Assembly (NCBI GenBank): GCA_902789555.1
Contig: CADAOF010000007.1
Location: 12,014-76,013, forward strand
DNA: 64,000 bases
Reading direction: 5' to 3'
Origin: an uncultured Lachnospiraceae bacterium
GTDB lineage: Bacteria > Bacillota > Clostridia > Lachnospirales > Lachnospiraceae
In this document: positions 17,950-27,774 of the stretch, piece by piece
Position numbering within the stretch: the stretch's first letter is position 1
Layout: every line of letters starts with the position of its first letter
Position numbers and translations under genes: made by a program
Notes under the pieces: generated by a model
The model's database searches: none
The model's input: the letters and a program-made list of their open reading frames with translations, nothing else
What the model was told of the DNA's origin: nothing

Positions 17950-19920
17950 ATGTCCGAACTGGATCCTAAATTCCCGGGTCAGCAGCCGGAAGCGCAGCCT
18001 GCAGGCGAAACAGGCTCCCAGGCCGAAGTGGACGAGATCATGAAGAAGTACGACCGTGAGTCGAACGTGCGTATCTGGGAAGGTGCGCCGAAGATGATCA
18101 TCCGGTTCGTCATGGCAGCGTTCATGCTGCTCATGATCTACATGAACATGTGGGCCAAGTGGAGCGGCCAGATCCGCTGCTGCGTATTCCTGGGCTGCCT
18201 TGTTCCTTTCTGCTTCCTTATCTACCCGATCAAGAAAGGTGACGTGCGCGTCAATCACATGCCGTGGTACGACATCATTCTGGCGATAGTCGGCGCCGTA
18301 CCGTTCTTCTACTATGTGATCAAGTTCGAAAAGATCGTGAACATGGGCATGAACATCGGTACGCTGGAGAAGATCATGGCCGTCATCGGTGTTCTGGTCA
18401 TCTTTGAATGCTGCCGCCGTTCCGTGGGTATCCCGATCCTCTGCGTGGTCGGCTTCTTCATCTGCTACACCCTGTTCATCAGCGGCAAGTCGATGAAGTT
18501 CATGCTCTACAACCTGTTCTACGCGAACGACATGGGCATGCTTTCCACCCCGATCTCGGTCTGCTCGACCTTCATCGTCCTCTTCCTGCTGTTCGGCTCC
18601 TTCCTGGAAGCGACCGGCATTTCCAACTTCTTCATCGACTGCGCGAACGCGCTGGTCGGCTGGGCCTCCGGCGGTCCTGCGAAGGTCGCTGTCGTGTCCT
18701 CCGCCCTCTGCGGCATGGTGTCCGGCTCTTCCGTCGGCAATACCGTTACCACCGGTTCCGTGACCATCCCGATGATGAAGCGTACCGGCTATCCCGGCGA
18801 ATTCGCCGGCGCCGTCGAAGCAGCCGCCTCCACCGGCGGACAGATCATGCCCCCGATCATGGGCGCGGCAGCCTTCATCATGGCTGAAATGACCAAGACC
18901 GACTACTCCAAGATCATCGTCCGTGCGATCCTTCCGGCCTGCCTGTATTTCACCGGCATCTTCCTGATGGTACACTTTACCGCGAAGAAGCTCGGCCTGA
19001 AGGGCCTGGATAAGGAGACGCTGCCGAAGTGGAAAAAGCTTCTGCCGAAGATCTACATGCTGGTCCCGCTGGTCGCCCTCGTCGTCATGATCGTGAACGG
19101 CCAGACGCTGGCCAAGAGCGCCTGCATTGCTTCCCTGCTCTGCATCGCCGTCAGCCTGGTCAACAAGGATAACCGCATGACGCCGATGGGCCTCGTGAAG
19201 GCACTTGAAGGCGGCTCGAAGAATACGATCTCGATTGCCATGGCCTGCGCCGTCGCCGGCATGATCGGCGGCTGCATCACCATGACCGGCCTGGCTGCAA
19301 AGCTGATCACCAGCGTCGTGAAACTGTCCAACGGCCACCTGATCATCGCTCTGTTCCTGACGATGCTCTGCTGCATCATCCTCGGCATGGGCGTGCCGAC
19401 CACCGCGAACTACGTCATCATGGCTTCCACCTGCGCGCCGATCCTGATCAGCGGCATGAAGGTTGACGTGCTGGCGGCGAACCTCTTCGTGTTCTATTTC
19501 GGCATCGTGGCGGATATCACGCCGCCTGTTGCACTGGCTGCCTACGCAGGGGCCGCGATAGCGAAGTCCAACCCGATGAAGACGGCGTTCAATGCCACGA
19601 AACTGGCTATCGCCGCGTTCATCATTCCGTACATCTTCGTATACAACAACGTGCTGATCTTCGTCGGCGATTTCACTATCTTCGACGCCGTTCTGGCCGT
19701 AGCGACCTGCTTCCTCGGCATGTACGGCATCTCGATCGGCCTGACCGGCTTCTTCAAGGCCGAAACACCGATTTGGGAGAGGATCCTCTTCCTGGCAGGC
19801 GGTTTCTGCATGATCGTCCCTGGCTGGACCACGGACCTTATCGGTCTCGGCCTGCTGGCGGCAGCGATCGCGCTGAACATGCTGCGTGCGAAGAAGGCTG
19901 CCCCGAAGGCAGCTGCCTGA
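17950..19920 (+). CDS. TRAP transporter fused small/large permease
   Basis: About 656 aa polytopic protein. Start at MSELDPKF after a GGAGG RBS, with many TM helices as in TAXI-type fused DctQM permeases. Confidence 0.85.
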   Translation: MSELDPKFPGQQPEAQPAGETGSQAEVDEIMKKYDRESNVRIWEGAPKMIIRFVMAAFMLLMIYMNMWAKWSGQIRCCVFLGCLVPFCFLIYPIKKGDVRVNHMPWYDIILAIVGAVPFFYYVIKFEKIVNMGMNIGTLEKIMAVIGVLVIFECCRRSVGIPILCVVGFFICYTLFISGKSMKFMLYNLFYANDMGMLSTPISVCSTFIVLFLLFGSFLEATGISNFFIDCANALVGWASGGPAKVAVVSSALCGMVSGSSVGNTVTTGSVTIPMMKRTGYPGEFAGAVEAAASTGGQIMPPIMGAAAFIMAEMTKTDYSKIIVRAILPACLYFTGIFLMVHFTAKKLGLKGLDKETLPKWKKLLPKIYMLVPLVALVVMIVNGQTLAKSACIASLLCIAVSLVNKDNRMTPMGLVKALEGGSKNTISIAMACAVAGMIGGCITMTGLAAKLITSVVKLSNGHLIIALFLTMLCCIILGMGVPTTANYVIMASTCAPILISGMKVDVLAANLFVFYFGIVADITPPVALAAYAGAAIAKSNPMKTAFNATKLAIAAFIIPYIFVYNNVLIFVGDFTIFDAVLAVATCFLGMYGISIGLTGFFKAETPIWERILFLAGGFCMIVPGWTTDLIGLGLLAAAIALNMLRAKKAAPKAAA

Positions 19921-19936
19921 ACGAAATAAGACAGAG

Positions 19937-19969
19937 GGCGCCGGCTCATGCAGCCGGCGCCTTCTTTTT
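19937..19969 (+). terminator. Rho-independent terminator after the TRAP operon
   Basis: GCGCCGGCT-loop-AGCCGGCGC followed by CTTCTTTTT. Confidence 0.75.
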
Positions 19970-20074
19970 GCCCGGAGGCTGGCTCAGCTTTCCTGCGGAC
20001 GGCTTCAGAATACCTGCGGTCAAAGCGTCTTGACAAAAGCGCGGATCTGTGCTAAAAAAACACTGTAATACGCT

Positions 20075-20360
20075 AAATGCGATGACGGAGACGGTACAGG
20101 AACCCTTTCCCTCCAGAGAAGAAGAGCCGGCGGCTGAGAGCTCTTCGGGCAAAACTCCTGTAAATTCACTCCCGAGCAGCCCCCCGAACCGGCAGGTCCT
20201 GAGCCCGCCGCAGTAGTACGGGCCGGCCGGACCCCGTTACAGGCCGAATGAGAGCCGTCCTGCGGCCGCGTGAAAAATGCGCAGACCGGAAGGCGGAATA
20301 AGGGTGGTACCGCGGAGATGCAGCTTCGTCCCTTGTGAGGGATGCGGCTGTAATTTTTTT
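20075..20360 (+). promoter_or_regulatory. T-box riboswitch leader (Phe) controlling pheST
   Basis: Promoter TTGACA-17-TAAAAA at 20040-20068. Leader has an AGAGA element, a candidate UUC specifier at 20144-20146, the conserved T-box AAUAAGGGUGGUACCGCGG at 20297-20315, and a terminator hairpin plus T7 at 20321-20360. Confidence 0.85.
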
Positions 20361-20424
20361 GCCGCGGCCCGGCCTTTGCCGCACGTGCGGGAAAGGGCTG
20401 CGGAAGAATGTTGAGGTGATACCG

Positions 20425-21453
20425 ATGGCAATGGAAGACAGGATCAGGGAACTGAGAGCGCGCATGGAAGACGCGCTGGCAAAAGCTGAAAACAAGGAAC
20501 AGCTGGCAGAGGTCTGGCAGAATTATCTGAGCAAGAAGGGGCAGGTCGCGGACCTCATGAAAGGGCTCGGCAGCCTTTCCCCCGAAGAACGCCCGGCCAT
20601 GGGCAAGGTGATCAATGAGTTCAAGGGACTTGCGCAGGCCCGCTACGAGGCGCGCGCGGCGTTCCTGGAAGCGGCCGAACTCGAGAAGCGCAACCGTGCG
20701 GAACGCGTGGACATCACGCTGCCGGCCAGAAAGCGTCCGGCCGGGAACCTTCACCCGATCACCATTACGAAAAACGAGATCATTGACGTCTTCGCAGGCA
20801 TGGGCTTCGAGATCTTCGAGAGCCCCGAGATCGAGGACGACGACCATAACTTCACCCGCCTGAACGTACCGAAGAACCATCCGGCGCGCGACATGCAGGA
20901 TACGTTTTACGTGGCGGACGACATCGTGCTCCGCACGCAGACGAGTGCCGGCCAGATCCGATACATGGACGAGGTGAAGCCCCCGCTCAAGGTCCTCGTG
21001 CCCGGCCGCGTGTTCCGCTCCGACAGCGACGCGACGCACAGCCCCATGTTCCACCAGATGGAAGGCCTGGTCGTGGACGAGCACATCACGCTCGGCGACC
21101 TGCAGGGCATGCTGGACGTGTTCGTGCGCGGGATCTTCGGCCCGGAGGTCAAGACCCGTCTGCGGCCGAGCTATTTCCCCTTCACCGAACCGAGCGCCGA
21201 GGTCGACGTTTCCTGCTTCCAGTGCGGCGGCAAGGGCTGCAGCCTCTGCAAGCACACCGGCTGGATCGAGATCCTCGGAAGCGGCGTTGTCCATCACAGC
21301 GTGCTGAAATCCTGCGGGATCGATCCGGAAAAGTACTCCGGTTTCGCGTTCGGCATCGGGATCGAGCGCATTGCCATGCTGAAATACAGCATCGGCAATA
21401 TCGGCCTGCTGTTTGAGAACGACCTGCGTTTCCTGAAGCAGTTCAAGGATTGA
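20425..21453 (+). CDS. pheS: Phenylalanine--tRNA ligase alpha subunit
   Basis: Start MAMEDRIRELR after a GAGGTG RBS. Class II motifs include FRSDSDATHSPMFHQMEG and GFAFGIGIERIAM. Confidence 0.95.
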   Translation: MAMEDRIRELRARMEDALAKAENKEQLAEVWQNYLSKKGQVADLMKGLGSLSPEERPAMGKVINEFKGLAQARYEARAAFLEAAELEKRNRAERVDITLPARKRPAGNLHPITITKNEIIDVFAGMGFEIFESPEIEDDDHNFTRLNVPKNHPARDMQDTFYVADDIVLRTQTSAGQIRYMDEVKPPLKVLVPGRVFRSDSDATHSPMFHQMEGLVVDEHITLGDLQGMLDVFVRGIFGPEVKTRLRPSYFPFTEPSAEVDVSCFQCGGKGCSLCKHTGWIEILGSGVVHHSVLKSCGIDPEKYSGFAFGIGIERIAMLKYSIGNIGLLFENDLRFLKQFKD

Positions 21454-21466
21454 GGAGGTAAATGAC

Positions 21467-23884
21467 ATGAAAGTACCGCTTAGCTGGCTGAAAGAATATG
21501 TTGACATCGATATCACGCCCGAACAGCTCGAAGAAAAGCTTTTCGGCTGCGGCTTTGAAGTCGAGGAACTGATCCGCCTTGACGCGGAGATCGACCGCGT
21601 CGTGGTCGGCGCCGTGACCGAATGCGAACCCATCGAGGGCACGCACCTGCACCTGTGCAAGGTGGACTGCGGCGAATACGGGAAGGACATCCAGATCTGC
21701 ACCGGCGCGGACAACGTCTATGTGGGCATGCACACCCCGACTGCCCTCGACGGCTCCACGCTTCCCGGCGGCGTCGTCATCAAGGCGAAGCCCCTCCGCG
21801 GCATTCCGTCCGCAGGCATGCTCTGCTCCGGCGATGAACTCGGCCTGAACGACGACCTCTTCCCCGGCGCCGAATACTACGGCCTGCTGGACCTGCCGAA
21901 GGATACCGTCCCCGGCACGCCTATTGCCTCGGTGGTCGGCCTGGACGACTGCATCTTCGACATTTCCGTGACGGCGAACCGCCCGGACTGCCAGTCCGTC
22001 CTCGGCATCGCGCGGGAAGTCGCAGCCATCCTGGACAAGCCGCTGAAAATGCCGGCGACCGATTACCGCGTGACCGGTGAACACGTGCCCGGCTTCTCGA
22101 TCAGGGTCGATGCACCGGATATCTGCCCGCGCTACCTTGGCCATCAGGTCCGAGACCTGAAAATTGCGGAGAGCCCCCGCTGGATGAAGCGCCGTCTTGC
22201 GCTCTGCGGCCTCAGGAGCATCAACAACATCGTCGATATCACGAACTACGTGATGCTGGAAATCGGCCAGCCGATGCATGCCTTCGACCGCGAGCAGCTG
22301 GAGAGTGATTGCATCATCGTCCGCCGCGCGAAGGAAGGCGAGCCCATCACGACGCTCGACGGCAAGGAATTCACCCTCAGCCCCGAAAACCTGGTCATCT
22401 GCGACGGTGAAAAGCCGGTCGCGCTGGCCGGCGTCATGGGCGGCCTGAACAGCGAGATCACGGAGAATACGCACGAACTGCTCTTCGAGGCGGCGAAGTT
22501 CGCCCGCGACAGCGTGCGCAGAACGGCGCGCAGTCTGGGTCAGAACACCGATTCCTCGAGCCATTTTGAGAAGGGCATCAGCGAATATTCCGTCGAACTC
22601 GGCATGGACCGTGCCCTGCACCTGATCGACGAGCTCGGCTGCGGCAAGATCGGACCTGACCGTTATGACTGCGACGCCGGTGAGCCGAAGGAGGGAAAGA
22701 CCTTCAAAGCTTCCCTGCCGCGCATCAATGCGATCCTGGGCATTGAGGTGCCGGAGGAGACGGCGCTCGATATCCTCCGCCGGCTTGACTTCAAGGCGGA
22801 AAACGACGGCGGGCTGCTGACGGTTACGGCGCCCCGCTTCCGCGAAGACATCGAAGTCGGCGAACCGGATCTTTCGGAAGAGATCATCCGCATGTACGGC
22901 TTCGACCACATCACTCCGACCTTCCTGACTGACTCCACCGTAACGAACGGCGGAAAACGCCCCGAGATGAAGACGGCCGACCGCGTCAAGCGTTCGCTCT
23001 GCGGCCAGGGCTTCTGCGAAGCCATGACCATGAGCTTCTACGCAGACGAGGACCTCGACGCCCTGCACATCGCGAAGGACGCCCCGGAACGGAACGTCGT
23101 ACGCATCGTCAATCCGATCAACGCCAACATGACCATCATGCGGCCGCTCCTTGCGCCGTCGCTGCTGAAAGTGGTGGTGACCAATCTCAAGAAGGGCAAC
23201 ACCGAAGGACGCCTGTTCGAACTCGCGAACGTGTATGCACCGAAGGAACAGCCCATCACGGAGCTGCCGAAAGAAACGCAGCATCTCGGCCTTGCGGTAT
23301 TCGGCAGCGAAGAAGACTTCTTCAGCGTCAAGGGTGCGCTGGAGGATCTGGCGGAAGACCTGGCGCTGAAGTTCAGCTATGAGCGGGCGGAGGACGTGCC
23401 GTACCTGCATCCGGGCATTGCTGCCTGGGTTGTCTGTGAGGGCGAACGGATCGGCTGCTTCGGCAAGATCTCCAACCTCATGACGAAGGAACTCGATCTC
23501 CCGAAGGATTCCAAGGAGAACCAGAAGATCTTCCTCGGCGAACTGGACTACGAGAAGCTGGCGGCGCACATCCCGGCGCAGATCCGCTATCAGCCCATCC
23601 CGGCGCTTCCGGACGTTTCCCGCGACCTGTCCCTCGTGGCAGCAGAGGAGGTTTCCTGCGGCGCGGTCGAGAATGAGATCCGAAAGGCCTGCCCGCAGGT
23701 CTCCGCGGTCGAACTTTTCGACATTTACCGCGGCATCCAGGTCGGTCCCGGCAGGAAGAGCATGTCCTTCAAGGTCTCGTTCCGTCAGGACGAGAAGGCG
23801 CTGGATCAGGAGACCGAAGAACGTTATGTCAAGAAGATCCTCGGCAATCTGAAATACCGGCTGGGTGTTGAAATTCGTGCGTAA
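21467..23884 (+). CDS. pheT: Phenylalanine--tRNA ligase beta subunit
   Basis: 805 aa, starting MKVPLSWLKEYVDIDITPEQL. It has tRNA-binding, B3/4, B5 and FDX-ACB domains. Confidence 0.95.
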   Translation: MKVPLSWLKEYVDIDITPEQLEEKLFGCGFEVEELIRLDAEIDRVVVGAVTECEPIEGTHLHLCKVDCGEYGKDIQICTGADNVYVGMHTPTALDGSTLPGGVVIKAKPLRGIPSAGMLCSGDELGLNDDLFPGAEYYGLLDLPKDTVPGTPIASVVGLDDCIFDISVTANRPDCQSVLGIAREVAAILDKPLKMPATDYRVTGEHVPGFSIRVDAPDICPRYLGHQVRDLKIAESPRWMKRRLALCGLRSINNIVDITNYVMLEIGQPMHAFDREQLESDCIIVRRAKEGEPITTLDGKEFTLSPENLVICDGEKPVALAGVMGGLNSEITENTHELLFEAAKFARDSVRRTARSLGQNTDSSSHFEKGISEYSVELGMDRALHLIDELGCGKIGPDRYDCDAGEPKEGKTFKASLPRINAILGIEVPEETALDILRRLDFKAENDGGLLTVTAPRFREDIEVGEPDLSEEIIRMYGFDHITPTFLTDSTVTNGGKRPEMKTADRVKRSLCGQGFCEAMTMSFYADEDLDALHIAKDAPERNVVRIVNPINANMTIMRPLLAPSLLKVVVTNLKKGNTEGRLFELANVYAPKEQPITELPKETQHLGLAVFGSEEDFFSVKGALEDLAEDLALKFSYERAEDVPYLHPGIAAWVVCEGERIGCFGKISNLMTKELDLPKDSKENQKIFLGELDYEKLAAHIPAQIRYQPIPALPDVSRDLSLVAAEEVSCGAVENEIRKACPQVSAVELFDIYRGIQVGPGRKSMSFKVSFRQDEKALDQETEERYVKKILGNLKYRLGVEIRA

Positions 23885-23960
23885 TGCTTAAAAAAGTGCT
23901 TGCATTATCTCGGGACTGATGATAATATAGCAAAGCTAGGCTTCAAGGAGGTTCTATCTG

Positions 23961-24203
23961 ATGAGCACTGTTATCACGATTTTATCCATATTACTGGTTA
24001 TCGACAGCATTGCCATGATCGTTCTGGTGATGATGCAGGAAGGCGACGAGAACGGCCTGTCCAGCACCATCGCGGGCGGATTTGCCGACAGCTATGCGAC
24101 CAAGAATGCCGGCCGCACGAAGGAAGGCCAGCTCAAGAAGTATACCAGGATCACGCTTGCGATCTTCCTGGTCTTCGCGCTGGCGATCAATATCCTGTCA
24201 TAA
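23961..24203 (+). CDS. secG: Preprotein translocase subunit SecG
   Basis: 80 aa with two TM helices and a Gly-rich loop (GLSSTIAGG). Confidence 0.85.
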   Translation: MSTVITILSILLVIDSIAMIVLVMMQEGDENGLSSTIAGGFADSYATKNAGRTKEGQLKKYTRITLAIFLVFALAINILS

Positions 24204-24215
24204 GATCCGCTTTGG

Positions 24216-24248
24216 AAAAGGTGCATGGCTCGCCATGCACCTTTTTTC
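24216..24248 (+). terminator. Rho-independent terminator after secG
   Basis: GGTGCATG-GCTCGC-CATGCACC followed by T6. Confidence 0.8.
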
Positions 24249-24270
24249 TTGCATAAGGGAGGAATTTACC

Positions 24271-24738
24271 GTGGCAAAAACCGACAGTTTCAAACTGATC
24301 GCCCAGAATAAGAAGGCTTACCACGACTATTTCATCGAGGACACCTACGAGGCGGGCATCTCGCTTGCGGGCACCGAAGTCAAATCGCTGCGCGCCGGCA
24401 AGTGCAGCCTGAAGGAATCGTTCATCGAGGAAAAGCACGGGGAGATGCTGATCCTGGGCATGCATATCAGCCCTTACGAAAAGGGCAACATTTTCAACCG
24501 TGACCCGCTTCGGACCAGAAAACTACTGCTGCACGGCTATGAGATCCGCAAACTCTCAGCGCAGGCACAGGCGAAGGGGTATACTATCGTACCGCTCAAA
24601 GTCTATTTCAAGGGCTCGCTCGTCAAGGTCGAGATCGGTCTGGCGAAGGGCAAGAAGCTCTACGACAAGCGCGAGACGATCGCAAAGCGCGATATCGAAC
24701 GCGAAGCGCGAAGAGAAGCGAAGGAAGACTTAAGGTAA
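24271..24738 (+). CDS. smpB: SsrA-binding protein SmpB
   Basis: GTG start after a GGGAGG RBS. Sequence: [43 protein letters not shown]. Confidence 0.95.
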   Translation: MAKTDSFKLIAQNKKAYHDYFIEDTYEAGISLAGTEVKSLRAGKCSLKESFIEEKHGEMLILGMHISPYEKGNIFNRDPLRTRKLLLHGYEIRKLSAQAQAKGYTIVPLKVYFKGSLVKVEIGLAKGKKLYDKRETIAKRDIEREARREAKEDLR

Positions 24739-24812
24739 GGACTTCGGCAAACAGGGAAGGACATAAAGCGGCTGACCGAATGATGCCGGCAGCCGGTGCG
24801 GAGGATGGATCC

Positions 24813-25538
24813 ATGACGACAAGGGAAAGGATACTGGCACTGCTGGAGGAGAACAAGGGGGCATATATTTCCAGCCGTCTGCTGACGGAGGAGACCGGCG
24901 TTTCCCGCAGTGCGGTCTGGAAGGCTGTGTGCGAGCTTCGGGAAGAGGGATACCCTGTCGAATCTCAGCCCCGGAAGGGCTACAGGCTTTCGGCGGACAG
25001 TGACCGGATCTCCCTGCAGGGGATCGCCGTTTATCTGCAGGACCGTTCGCTTCTGGACAAGGTGGCGGTCTTTGATGAACTCGCCTCCACCAATATGGCG
25101 GCCAAGCTGAATGTGGTCAGCGGTATGACCGAAAAGACGGTGATCATCGCAAGGCGTCAGACAAAGGGCGCCGGACACGGCGGAACAGCCTATGATTCTC
25201 CGGAGGGCGGCGTCTATCTCAGCCTCATCCGGGAACCCCGAAAAGGCGAACGGCGCCTGACTGCGGCGGATATCGGCGGGAAGGCAGCCTCCGTGATCGC
25301 TGCGGAAACAAAGCAGGAAACCCGGCTGGATGCGGCCACCAACCGGATCTATATCGGCAATAAAAAAGTCTGCGGGATCCTGACGGAGATGATCGCAGAC
25401 CTTGAGACCGGAGAAATTTCCGCTTATATTATCGGAATCGGCATACAAATCGACGGGATCCGGAAAAACCGGATGATCGCCGCGCTTATCCGGGCGTTTA
25501 TCGGCGAAGGACCGGGGCAATGCGGCGCGCCAGAATGA
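24813..25538 (+). CDS. BirA-like HTH regulator / biotin-protein-ligase homolog; C-terminally truncated with degenerate catalytic motifs
   Basis: wHTH RERILALLEENKGAYISSRLLTEETGVSRSAVWKAVCELREEG. The central BPL-like domain has QTKGAGHGGTAYDSPEGGVYLS in place of QTxGRGRxGRxWxSPxGxGLYxS, and DAATNRIYIGNKKVCGILTE in place of KWPNDIYxxxKKxxGILTE. Only about 241 aa. Confidence 0.7.
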   Translation: MTTRERILALLEENKGAYISSRLLTEETGVSRSAVWKAVCELREEGYPVESQPRKGYRLSADSDRISLQGIAVYLQDRSLLDKVAVFDELASTNMAAKLNVVSGMTEKTVIIARRQTKGAGHGGTAYDSPEGGVYLSLIREPRKGERRLTAADIGGKAASVIAAETKQETRLDAATNRIYIGNKKVCGILTEMIADLETGEISAYIIGIGIQIDGIRKNRMIAALIRAFIGEGPGQCGAPE

Positions 25539-26040
25539 GTGCGAGCGCCAGTTTTGCGAGGTCGGGAAGAATAAAAGGGAAGACACACCATGACAGAGCG
25601 GCAGCTATTCCGATTGCGCCGCTCTGCTGCATATAGACGTGCATGAACCAGGCGGTGCCGAAAGCGTAGCAGACGATAAGCCCGAGGACTAGGGCGGCTG
25701 CCTCTGTCCACAGCTTCTTTCCGAAAAGCTTCACGGCCAGCCAGTAGATCAGACCGATAAAAATGAAGCCGATGATGTAACCGCCGGTCATTCCGAGAAG
25801 AGTGCCGATTCCGGACGTGAACTGGGCGAATACGGGGATGCCCACTGCACCGAGCAGCATGTATATGACAACGGAAAGGGTACCGCGCTTTCCCCCGAGA
25901 GCCGAAAGCACGAAGAAGACGGCAAAGGTCTGCAGGGTAAAGGGAACGGTGGTGGGAATGCTGATCCAGGAACAGACTGCGATCAGGGCTGCCCCGATCG
26001 CGATGTAGGCCAGATCAATGGGTTTCAGTTTCGGATTCAT
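25498..26040 (-). CDS. bioY: Biotin transporter BioY (ECF S-component)
   Basis: 180 aa with six TM helices: VPFTLQTFAVFFVLSALGGKRGTLSV..GGYIIGFIF. Confidence 0.9.
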   Translation of the reverse strand: MNPKLKPIDLAYIAIGAALIAVCSWISIPTTVPFTLQTFAVFFVLSALGGKRGTLSVVIYMLLGAVGIPVFAQFTSGIGTLLGMTGGYIIGFIFIGLIYWLAVKLFGKKLWTEAAALVLGLIVCYAFGTAWFMHVYMQQSGAIGIAAALSWCVFPFILPDLAKLALALILARRIAPVLRR

Positions 26041-26106
26041 GACAGACTTCCTTTAGTATGATTAATGTGGTTTGAACCGGATCCAAGAATAACAGGTATT
26101 CGGCTG

Positions 26107-26140
26107 ATTGTCAACCTGAAAAAAGAAAAAGGTTGACAAT
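26107..26140. promoter_or_regulatory. Probable BirA operator overlapping the bioY promoter
   Basis: Perfect inverted repeat ATTGTCAACC-N14-GGTTGACAAT. On the minus strand the arm nearer bioY (26107-26116) supplies TTGACA, followed by a 17-nt spacer and TATTCT, upstream of bioY. Confidence 0.7.
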
Positions 26141-26176
26141 GTGGCGTTCCGTGCTTTGGAAAGTGGGGTGAGGCCG

Positions 26177-27727
26177 GTGCTGCAGATCAGAAATCTGACG
26201 ATAACACATAGAAAAGACCTGCACGTGATCGTGAAGGATCTGAGCTTTGTCCTGAATCCCGGAGACAAAGCGGTTCTGATCGGTGAAGAAGGAAACGGCA
26301 AGTCTACCCTGCTGAAGTGGATATTCGATCCGTCGCTCGTGGAGGATTACGCAGAGGCGGAAGGGACGAGGACAGTGCAGAGCGCGGTCCTCGGCTATCT
26401 GCCGCAGGAACTTCCGGAGGACGACAGAGAACTGTCCGTTTATGACTATTTTTCACGCCGCCATGCTTTTCACGAGGCTGATGCGGCGGAGCTTATCCGG
26501 ATGGTCTCCGCGCTGCACTTTGACAGCGGGCTGTTTTATTCCGCGCAGCTGATGAGGTCCCTCTCCGGCGGCGAGCGGGTGAAAGTTCAGATGGCTGCCC
26601 TGCTTCTTGCAAAACCGGACTATCTGCTCCTGGACGAGCCGTCAAACGATATCGACATTGAAACACTGGAATGGCTGGAGAAAACGATCCGGGACTTTGC
26701 CGGCGGCGTCCTGTTCATATCGCATGATGAGATCCTGATCGAGCGGACCGCGAACCGCGTCATCCTGATCGAACAGCTGCGCAGGAAGACAGTCCCGCGC
26801 GTCAGCGTGGCGAACGTTCCGTTCCGGACCTTCATGGAGGAGCGGCAGCGTTCCTTCGCGAAGCAGGAGCAGGAGGCCGTAAGCGACCGGCGGGAAGAGA
26901 AGAAGGCCATGGAGCGTTTCCGCCGCATCGAACAGTCGGTGGAAGCGGATCTTCGGAACAATTCGCGGCAGGATCCCTCGAAAGGACGGCTTCTGAAGAA
27001 AAAGATGAAGGCGGTCAAGTCCCTGGAGCACCGCTACGAGCGGGAGCACGGGGAAATGACGGAGTTCCCGGAGAGCGAGTCTGCGATCACGATCCGTTTC
27101 GAGCGGCAGAAGGAAATGCCTGCGGGAAAGACTGTCGTGAACCTGGAGCTCCCGGAACTGCGCGCACCGGATGGGCGGCTGCTCGCATGGAACATCCTGC
27201 TTTCGGTCCGCGGTCCCGAAAAGATCGGGATCATCGGCACGAACGGTGCCGGCAAGACGACCCTGATCCGAAAGATCGCAGAAGAACTCTGCAGCCGGAG
27301 CGACATCACGGCCTGTTACATGCCGCAGAATTACGAGGAGGAACTGCCCTTCGAAAAGACCCCTGTCGATTACCTCGCGTCCTCGGGGCACAGAGACGAG
27401 ATCACGCAGGTACGGACCTATCTCGGCTCGATGAAATATACCGCTGACGAGATGTTCCATCCGATCGCCGAACTGTCCGGCGGCCAGAAGGCAAAACTCC
27501 TGCTTCTTAAGATGAGCCTGACGGAAGCAGATGTCCTGATTCTGGATGAGCCGACGCGGAATTTCTCACCGCTCTCGGCACCTGAAGTCCGCGGCATCCT
27601 TCGGCAGTTTCCCGGCGCGGTCATCAGTGTCTCCCACGACCGAAAATACCTGGCGGAGGTGTGCGATAAGGTATACCGGCTGACGAAGGAGGGACTTGCG
27701 GAAGAGGCGTCTTTCCGGAAGAAATAA
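26177..27727 (+). CDS. ABC-F family ATPase (two ABC domains, no TM domain)
   Basis: Walker A GEEGNGKST and GTNGAGKTT, signatures LSGGE and LSGGQ, and a charged inter-domain linker (RREEKKAMERFRRIEQSVEADLRNN..KKKMKAVKSLEHRYE). A GTG start at 26177 after GGTGAGG is preferred over the track start at 26141. Confidence 0.8.
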   Translation: MLQIRNLTITHRKDLHVIVKDLSFVLNPGDKAVLIGEEGNGKSTLLKWIFDPSLVEDYAEAEGTRTVQSAVLGYLPQELPEDDRELSVYDYFSRRHAFHEADAAELIRMVSALHFDSGLFYSAQLMRSLSGGERVKVQMAALLLAKPDYLLLDEPSNDIDIETLEWLEKTIRDFAGGVLFISHDEILIERTANRVILIEQLRRKTVPRVSVANVPFRTFMEERQRSFAKQEQEAVSDRREEKKAMERFRRIEQSVEADLRNNSRQDPSKGRLLKKKMKAVKSLEHRYEREHGEMTEFPESESAITIRFERQKEMPAGKTVVNLELPELRAPDGRLLAWNILLSVRGPEKIGIIGTNGAGKTTLIRKIAEELCSRSDITACYMPQNYEEELPFEKTPVDYLASSGHRDEITQVRTYLGSMKYTADEMFHPIAELSGGQKAKLLLLKMSLTEADVLILDEPTRNFSPLSAPEVRGILRQFPGAVISVSHDRKYLAEVCDKVYRLTKEGLAEEASFRKK

Positions 27728-27774
27728 TTGGCAAAGCGGTTGACAATCCTTCATTTTGTGCTAAGATACGTGCA

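Noticed and set aside
24739-24812. tmRNA (ssrA) downstream of smpB.
   Set aside because: The gap is only 74 nt, with no tRNA-like acceptor/T-arm or tag reading frame. ssrA must lie elsewhere.
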